Assembly: GCA_051362555.1 (NCBI GenBank)
Contig: JBPQGU010000016.1
Span: 1,426,001 to 1,490,000 of the forward strand
Length of the DNA stretch: 64,000 nt
Direction of reading: 5' to 3'
Source of the DNA: Lingula anatina
Lineage: Eukaryota; Animalia; Brachiopoda
Shown here piece after piece: positions 63,301 to 64,000 of this stretch. A program made the translations under genes and the position numbers. The notes below the pieces were generated by a model. It worked only from the letters and a program-made list of their open reading frames with translations. It did no database searches and was not told the DNA's origin. How positions within the stretch are numbered: the stretch's first letter is position 1; each line of letters starts with the position of its first letter.

Positions 63301-63867
63301 CCTCCTGGAGCCTCGTTTTCGACACGGTCTAAACATCAAGAAGCGAACTTGTGTTGTTTTTTTTTTTTGGTCTTGGGAAAATAACTCCCTGTTTTGCAAC
63401 GCATGTTTGGTTCACAAAAAGTTAACGGTCCAGAGAAGATATATCTCGGCGTTACAAGAGTTCATGTAATAATAGTAATAGGAATGATATCTTTTTGAGC
63501 ATTAAACGCGTTACGAAAATTATGGAATGAGGTAGCCTTTTTTCTACCTAGTCCCAAAACTTTCTCAAAAAAGAAGGCTCCCACACGTGCCACATAATGA
63601 TGAGGAATCTTCTGCTGTCTTGTCCACTTCTGCCACACATTTAACAGTATTCTAAACCATCTGCAGGTTCGCACCACAAGCAGACCAGAATTCTCCATCG
63701 TTCGCCACCAAGTTCCACACTATCAACGGCTACATCTACGGGAACGTCCCTGGCTTGGAGGCTTGCTCTGGTGACAGAGTGGCGTGGTACATGATAGGAC
63801 TGGGCAACGAAGACGATCTTCACTCCCTGACTATCAACGGTCATGTATTGGAGTATAATCATCACAG
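56671..63867 (+). CDS. HEPH: Gene C: hephaestin/ceruloplasmin-like multicopper ferroxidase, 5' portion (continues beyond window)
   Basis: Exons 56671-56734 (signal peptide MGTHIVLLCLAVIGLNSVTKV), 58456-58546 (VRHHYVAVKEIDWDFAP), 61133-61257 (FKKAVYREYTDDTF), 61527-61649 (GLLGPTLRG...FKNMGSRAYTMHPHG), 61819-62037 (DPDCLPWTYHSH...SGLMGILVICRP), 62872-62980 (DESASWYF), 63667-63867 (HTINGYIYGNVPGLEAC...VAWYMIGLGNEDDLH). Copper ligands HPHG and YHSH are present. HEPH, HEPHL1 and CP cannot be told apart without the 3' end. Confidence 0.92.
57173..57329 (-). mobile_element. CAGGGGCGGAT-type MITE; inverted relative at 10058-10225
   Basis: TIR CAGGGGCGGAT / ATCCGCCCCTG. Internal sequence is reverse-homologous to 10058-10225. 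Confidence 0.7.
59628..59842 (-). mobile_element. MITE family H1, copy 3 (inverted), TSD TAA, in intron 2 of gene C
   Basis: CATTCCCATAGATTTAGATCGA ... GATCGATCTAAAATCTGTGGGAATGGGGTC with TAA flanks; reverse complement resembles copies 1 and 2. Confidence 0.75.
60370..60650. mobile_element. Long imperfect palindromic MITE related to H2
   Basis: Arms ATATGGCCGACGCACTTAAAAGC / GCTTTTTAGTGGCGTCGGCCATAT and CTGATGGTCTCCC / GGGAGACCATCAG. Confidence 0.6.
63060..63250. mobile_element. Short element with internal GGTTAGGGTTAG, ending ACACCGG (non-autonomous Helitron/Helentron-like)
   Basis: CAGTGTAACG near the left end, CGATTACACCGG at the right end, central telomere-like motif. A similar CTAACCCTAAC motif occurs at ~9897. 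Confidence 0.35.
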
Positions 63868-64000
63868 GTGAGGGGGGGGGGGGGGGGTAGGGGGTAGGTG
63901 GGGGTTGGAATATCAAGGGGGTGAGTACTCTAATGATTCCCAACATTTGGAAATTATTGCGTTGACCAGACCTGGTGACTGTTGTAAATCGTCACAGGTG

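Overview
This is AT-rich, microsatellite-rich, intron-containing animal DNA, probably from a marine invertebrate (inference); there are no prokaryotic operons or CRISPR arrays. I rebuilt three spliced genes by hand from splice sites and exon-phase continuity. (A) + strand 5812-16333: a ~228-aa type II membrane protein with a Thr-rich ectodomain, whose stop codon appears split by the last intron. (B) - strand 49857-25046: a ~1383-aa secreted mosaic protein in 31 coding exons, ordered signal peptide, SHFRG/'Sib (integrin-beta-like)' N-domain, 7 EGF, PAN/apple, two unrecognised Cys modules, TSP1, MIDAS-degenerate vWA, TSP1, SUEL-like lectin. (C) + strand from 56671, running off the window: the 5' part of a hephaestin/ceruloplasmin-type multicopper ferroxidase with a GC-AG intron. 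Non-coding DNA is dense with non-autonomous DNA transposons: palindromic Harbinger-like MITEs, a CAG...CTG group with 5-bp TSDs, 9-bp-TSD MULE-like MITEs, and a 6.7-kb AACCGAGGAC-bounded element carrying a higher-order 551-bp satellite. LINE and Gypsy remnants are also present. All family names come from motif recognition, not database searches.
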